A stretch of 64,000 nt of DNA, taken from positions 12,030,001 through 12,094,000 of the forward strand of contig CM097885.1 in assembly GCA_044892525.1 (NCBI GenBank). The letters are read 5' to 3'. A program made the position numbers and the translations under genes. Origin of the DNA: Schmidtea polychroa. Its lineage: Eukaryota. Below, in pieces: positions 23,328 to 64,000 of this stretch. The stretch's first letter is position 1, and every line of letters begins with the position of its first letter. The notes under the pieces are model-generated. The model ran no database searches and had not been told where the DNA came from. It saw nothing but the letters and a program-made list of their open reading frames with translations.

Positions 23328-24778
23328 CATAAATAATTACTGAACATTAGTATCAAATGAACAGTATAAAAAATCTATTAAAATTTAAATAAATGTCTAA
23401 AATTACATATTCAAAAACGAAATATTTGAATAAATGCATTTTAGAAATTTTATAAATAAAAAGCAATTTATTTTACTAAATAGAATAAATTACTCGACAT
23501 TTGACAAAGAATTTCAAATACAATAACTAAATTAACCACTTAATGTATACATTTAATTTGAATTTTTCTTCGGTGACTCGTAACTGTCACAGGTATTTAG
23601 TACAGGTGTCTATACAATTATTGGATCTCGCCCGCGTCTTGAACTAGCATGTAAAACCACGTGATCCCCCGTCTATGTTACGGGCACGTACCTTAAGTTG
23701 TTAATGTAAAAGCCGGTAAAATAACCAAAAACATATAAAACAAATATTGCGTTATATATAATATATGAACTAAAATTGTAATACGTAACATCAGTCAATT
23801 TTACACTTTTCATTTCTCTTTTCCTTCATAATTAAAATTTATTTTTTGAACAAATATTATTTCCAAATGTTGGTGCTGACCGAAGAATAAACTCAAGCGA
23901 CCTATAGGTTAACCTGGCTTGATCCAGATGGTTGATTTACAGTAGCAATTTATTTATTTACAGTTTCAATCACATGGAACAATACAATTCACAAGCAAAT
24001 TAAAAAAACACCAAAATATCAGATTGACATTACAGTGCGAATATATTCACATTAGCAACTCCATATATTTCACCCATTCTAGTATTTACTTTATTTGCCG
24101 ATATTTCAATAGATTTTGTGACAATTATGCAGTTCTGCTGGTCAAGTGTCTCTTGGCCAATCATGTTGCACGTTGTTTTGTATTGTATATCTTTATTAAA
24201 ACATGTTTTGCTAATGAATTATTTTCTGGTATTTTTCATGCAATTTATATTGCTAATATAATATCTGGTTAGTAAGGAAAATCATTGTCTGGGGCTCAGA
24301 TGGTTAATATAGTGTCATTTTAGAATTATTTATTTGCATTTTCAATAAGGATTTAAATAATATTTAAGTATAAACAAAAATTAGATTAAGTCTATCTTAA
24401 AGTGTCTGATCATTTTGTTTCTCTTTAAAAAGAAATGTTACCAATTATATTTTCCTTAACATATCTCCAGACCCCCTTCCAATATAAGTTAAAATAATAC
24501 AAAAAGGGGATTGAAAACCAAATTTGTCTTTGTTCCCATTTCTTTAAAGGTTTGTAGTCTGTATTCTTAATACTAACGTAATTGTTTTATTCTTTCCTCA
24601 GTAGTCATATTATAGTATACAATATTCAAAGGATAATAAAGAGCCTTAATGAAAACCTTTTGTGATCATTTTGGTTTGGTTTGTTTTTTATATACATATT
24701 TTCTTCAATGTTTGGTAACTGAAAAGTTCTTTGATTAATAGGAAACTGAAATTAATATTTAATAAATTTGAATCGTAG

Positions 24779-59078
<34,300 letters not shown>

Positions 59079-59949
59079 TTTCCGGTGCTTAGTGTTCTTC
59101 GAATCTGTTTTCTGGGAGATTTGTATAAAAAATAAATTGCACTTTGTTCTTTTGAGTAAACATTTGTTTCATTTTTACAATTAATCCCCCTCTGACAATA
59201 AAAAATGGCAACTCGCTGTTGTGTTGTTTTCATAGGTTCTATTTAACTTAAAATAAACATTAATATTTAAACAAAATAATATTTCATAAATGACAGTTAT
59301 AAAAGTAATATACGCCAACTACCACATTTAACTTAATTTTTAAAACAAATTACTAAATTCTTTCAAGTTAGACAGAAGACCTTGTGATGACCTGTTAAAT
59401 GATTTTATTAAAACAAAAAAAATGAAAAACAATTACACCAAACAAACAATCAAAGATTTAGAAAAAACCATAAAAAAAACCAATCGCAAGCAATTCTATG
59501 GAACACTTAATTCCCAGGTTACAAATATTTGAAACGCAACCGATAACATTTATCTTGAATAAATTGAAATTCCTAACAAACACAATACAAAGAAAAGGTT
59601 TATCTATGAGAAAAATAGACATAGGCAAGAAAATTTGATATTGAAAATGCAAACATAGCGGTAGGCACACTATCAAGGATGGAAGGCGACAAAAAATGCC
59701 CAAGAATTCGCCTATTTTATCTAAAATAAACAAACAAAACTGAAAGACGCAAAATATTATCAACAAAATTTAGGATAACACTAAAGACAATCAGTGAGTG
59801 AAAAATGGTATAATTGACATTGCAAATATTGTATAAACTTATTGTCACCTAAGGAATTTTCAACAAAGTTTCCAAGATAAATAATTGTACTCAGACATTT
59901 CATAAAAGTAAATCTAAGAAAAATAGTTTTACTGAGTTCAAAACATAAA

Positions 59950-60710
59950 TAAGGAAAGATATTTGTGGACCTGAAATGACTTTTTTGTTAATAAAAATGA
60001 ATGGATATGACCGATGAGCTAGAGAGAACGTACAGTGTTAAATCTAAATCTTATAGATACTCCTGACATGTTTTTTTAAATAAGCTTTATGAGTTAAAGA
60101 GGGTCCTGCAATCAAAATTAATCATATTGTATCCAACACAAATGGACCAACAACTAAAACAAGTTGGCTCCTTTCAAAGATCTTAAAACCATTATTGGAC
60201 AATGTATCACATCATCTGTAGAGCAGTCACTGCCTCATGGCTAGATTAAATAAAAACAAAACTGCTCATAGATAATTCGAATACCCTTTCAATCTTGATT
60301 TCGTATCACTATACACATCCATCGAACCAAAAGATGCTATTCAATGTTTAGAAAAGAAATTAAGAGAAATCAACTTGTTAATAAAGGAAATGAATACCGA
60401 GAATATCATTAAAATTCGAGAACACCTATTTTACCTCTGAGAAAAATATCTATTAACAAGTTAAAGGTCTGCCTATGGGTTCTAGCATATCATGATTGTT
60501 AGCAATCATATTTATGGATAACCTCGATCGACAGACACTGAGGATCATACAATCCATCGGTTTCCACTCAAAACATGTAAATGATATCTGTATCACGACA
60601 AAAGCAGATAAGAAGCGGAGAAAATATTTCATACATTCAATGTGGCTCACCGAGATATTAAGTTTGAAATCGAATATTCGGTAAAAGATGGATCCCTTAA
60701 TTTGTCGGAT
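59950..60710 (+). mobile_element. Decayed Penelope-like retroelement reverse transcriptase
   Basis: HIVSNTNGPTTKTSWLLSKILKPLL, NLDFVSLYTSI, QVKGLPMGSSIS*LLAIIFM, KHVNDI (cf. RYVDDI) and HRDIKFEIE..DGSLNLSD (cf. HPxIKFTxE..GxLxFLD). Stops and frameshifts; 5' boundary approximate. Confidence 0.85.
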
Positions 60711-61435
60711 TCAATCTACCTTTCTGAGGGTTATTTTCAACAATTTCGTGCAAAGGCCATTGCATATAATGACCTTGAGCCTCTTAATTTCTATGACATT
60801 CCTGGTATGTAATGGGCCTCTGCGCATATGACATTACCGGAACCTATAGAACATTTGCAGGTCATGGAAATGTTTTATTTCTATGAGGAAGGAATACGGG
60901 ATGGGTTATCATTTGTTAACAAACAAAATGTCGCAAGTTCTAAAGATGCAGAACTCTTGTATATAGATATTAATAATCTGTATGGTTGGGCTTTTAGGCG
61001 TATGCTGACTTTGTTTGGATGCATGAAAATCTGAATGATGTGCTTACTGAATGTATGAATGAGAATATCGGAAACCTTCCACATAGCTATATTATGGAGG
61101 TTGATATTGATATTCCTGAATGTCTGCATAAATATTTGAATGATTTTCCTATTTTTCGTCAAAGATGTGTCGACCGAGCTCCAAAATTGAGAAGCTGATG
61201 CTCACGCCCAAACTTTATCTTTCAATAGGTGCGAAGGTTGTTAAACTTTATCGTGCAATTAAATTCAAACACGCACCTAAATTTAAGGCATACGTAAACA
61301 AAAACACCGAACAGAAAGCCTAATTGACCACTGAGTTACATAACAACTGTTTATATAGTAAATCCATTGAGAATCTGAAAAAACGGATGAATTTGAGGTC
61401 ATGCAATTCAGCTGAAAGGATGATATGCGTCTAAA
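60711..61435 (+). mobile_element. Decayed Polinton/Maverick-type protein-primed DNA polymerase B fragment
   Basis: FQQFR..DLEPLNFYDIPGM*W, EEGIRDGLS, LLYIDINNLYGWA (cf. YLDANNLYGWAM), YIMEVDIDIPECLH..NDFP, KLYRAIKFKHAPKFKAYVNKNT and NNCLYSKSIENLKKR (cf. NNSVFGKTMENVRKR). Confidence 0.88.
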
Positions 61436-62241
61436 CCGACTTCTGAGTGCTATTTTCTGACGTTTTTCGACAAGGTTACTTCTACGTCGGCCTAAAATCA
61501 GGTTTTACACAATATTATATCTAGCTAAAGTATGCAGTATTGCAACATGGCATACTAGAATGACATTTATGTATTTTAATAGAAAATGTATACATTATAT
61601 TGTTAATGTATTAATTATGTACCCTAACCCTTTTTACTAAAGTTATCAGACAACCATTAGTATCAAATCCTTTAAATATTGAATTGCCTTTTGAGGTTTT
61701 ATTTTAGACTCTTTATGTTGAGGTAAATTTCCTTTACCTTGTTGAATAGGGGGCTTATTTAAAAGAATTTGAAAAAAAATTTAATTTTATGAGAAAATAT
61801 GCTTTGATAATTTAATAGTTAAAATTCAAAGAATAGATAAATTTTAAATTAACACGAGATTTATCGTAGCATTAAGTTTCGGAAATTTATTCGACTTGAT
61901 TGGAATAGCATTGTTCATTGAAGCGTGAAATTCAAACTAATATTCCGTTAGAAATATGAAATTTAGGAATAATTTTGTTTATGTCGTGAAATAAGAATTC
62001 TCATTCTCGTTTTAATAATAAAAAAAGAGAAACTTCAGTGATTTGAATATTATTTTTTCATTAATCAATCCGTTTTCAAAATTTCCAAATAATAATTAAT
62101 TAATGACACATTTTATGATTTTTTGGAATTATTTCGAAGTTAAAATTTTTTAAAGTTTTTTTAATGTTTTACATAAATTTTCAAAACACATTTTTTAGTT
62201 GTTTTAATAAACTAATATATTGCTTAATTTTATATTGTTTT

Positions 62242-63002
62242 TTATTATAAGAACTTTTTTTTTTAAATTTCACCACTGATTTCTTTTCCGTTGACATTGT
62301 ATTTATTAAAAAGCTTAAAGACTATAAATCAGTAATATATCGATGTTTTTGATATTCACGAATTTTCGCACTGCCCTTTTCAAGTGAATTTGATTAGATC
62401 AAGCTTTTTAATAAATACAATATTGTTTTTTCATTTTAAATTATTGATCAATATTTTCAATAATCTGAAAAAATGAAGATCAAAGAAATTGAATTTTTTT
62501 CTCTGACTATATTTTTGAGGTTGTAAAAATGAAGAGATTTAAATAACTATTGCAAGAAAATAATTAACAATAAGTAACAGTAAAAAAAATAAAATAGTTA
62601 AAGTACAATGGGAAAAATCAGAAAAGAAACGAAATGGTGATAAATGAAGAAAATTGGAAGATAAGATAATAAATGTAAAAAGTTAATAAAATATTGGTTA
62701 ATTTATGTAAAAATGGATTAAGTAAAAAACAAACAAAATTAATTAAGTGTAAGAGAAGAGAATAGAAAAGAAACGAAAACAAATGGCAAGTAATTATTGT
62801 CGAATAAATGGTAATACATAATATATCAAAAAAGCTTAAAAAACTATGGAACATATTAGATAACGAAAAATTGCAAAAGTATCAATAATTAAAACAAAAT
62901 TAAATCTGAGTAAAATGAAAACGGAAAAGGGATAAACATAAAATAAATACAATGTAAATTGAAAGGAAATCAGTAGTGAAAATTAAAAAAAAGTTCTTAT
63001 AT
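62242..63002. mobile_element. Probable MITE-like unit bounded by ~60-bp inverted copies of the dispersed repeat terminus
   Basis: ttataagaactttt..tttcaccactgatttcttttc..gacattgtatttatt (62242-62308) is inverted relative to aataaatacaatg..gaaatcagtagtgaaa..aagttcttata (62942-63002). No clear TSD. Confidence 0.55.
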
Positions 63003-64000
63003 ATTAAAATTATTTATAAAGAAACTTTCAAATCTTTAACTAAATAATAATTTGGATTTTTTAAGGATGTGCGCTCTACACAGGATTTTTAAGTAAGAAA
63101 AAAGGTTATTTCAATATTTTGATTTTTTACAATTATATTTTTGATTTAGATGAATTGTTTTAATAATGTATCATTTTCTTTTTAAACATTACAAACGTCT
63201 TCACACGTATACTGGAGACTCATCTTCATTGAAATCATTGCTGATAAAATTTATATGTTTAATTTCGGTTTGTCACAACTCCACAAATCAAAAATAATTG
63301 AAGATACTACTGAGGATATCTAAATAATAAAATTAAATTGTGAAATGAATAATAAAACGAACAACAAAGAAAGAAAAGAGGATTTCCTACTAAATTGATG
63401 CAAGTAGTGTAAATAAATTATTAATAAAGAGTGTTTTACTAATTGTCGGTTCAGCAGGAATAGTTGAGGGATCGTATATCTGAAATTGTTATTAAATAGT
63501 GCTATTCTTCACAAAGTGTTGTAATAAATACTTGATATCAATTGGTTTTGGTCCTGAATACTTAATTATATATTTTTTATATCCCGTATTTTTCTTTGAA
63601 AATCCATATAATCATAGCTACACTAATTGATTTTCACAATATTATTCTAAAGACTGCAAATACTTGCAGATTTATTTTAAAATTTAAGAATAATTTTAAT
63701 ATTTCGGGAATTATGGCATTATTGAATTTTAAAAATTATTGGCTAAATTAACAAGTGTCTCAAAATATGGGATGTTTGTTTTAATAATATTTAATTAAAA
63801 ACTCTGTAAATGTTTGATTGTTTTGATGTAAAACTTTATAATTGCTTTGGTTTTGATGGATACTGATATTCTAAATATGGTAAAAACTAATAAATATATA
63901 AAAACTAAATATATAAACTAATAATAAATTTAACTAAAAATATTTACAAAGTTTTTTAAATAATTTTAATATTTAAATGAAAAATGGATCATCTTTTTTC

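Noticed and set aside
23601..23700. TA-CAGGTGTC Tc1/mariner-like terminus
   Set aside because: No matching opposite terminus was found.
24471..24673. Two exon-like segments (24471-24549, 24602-24673) upstream of the first Ig exon
   Set aside because: The first segment has stops in all three frames and the second is open only from an ATG at 24649 with no signal peptide; at best UTR or decayed exons.

Overview
Very AT-rich eukaryotic (animal) genomic DNA with ~45-56 nt introns and many long (AAT)n tracts; the style suggests a flatworm such as a planarian, but that is only inference. The dominant feature is a 17,155-bp almost fully palindromic insertion (5669-22823). It has two ~8.1-kb inverted arms around a ~0.9-kb spacer, 5'-AGT...ACT-3' termini and an exact 6-bp target-site duplication (CAAGGA). 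These are Polinton/Maverick end signatures, but the element has no intact ORF. Each arm holds layered satellites and a nested ~3.2-kb TA-flanked TIR element. The palindrome sits just 5' of a decayed hAT transposase. The rest of the window holds at least 13 phase-compatible exons of a nephrin/sns-like Ig+FN3 single-pass membrane protein gene (+ strand, 24779-59078; its 5' end is not visible). Its introns carry hAT MITEs with 8-bp TSDs, hairpin repeats, pogo/Tigger and Penelope remnants and a degenerate intronless RNF115/126-like copy. Downstream, a decayed Penelope RT runs in frame into a decayed Polinton-type protein-primed DNA polymerase B. All family assignments come from motif recognition by eye; no searches were run.
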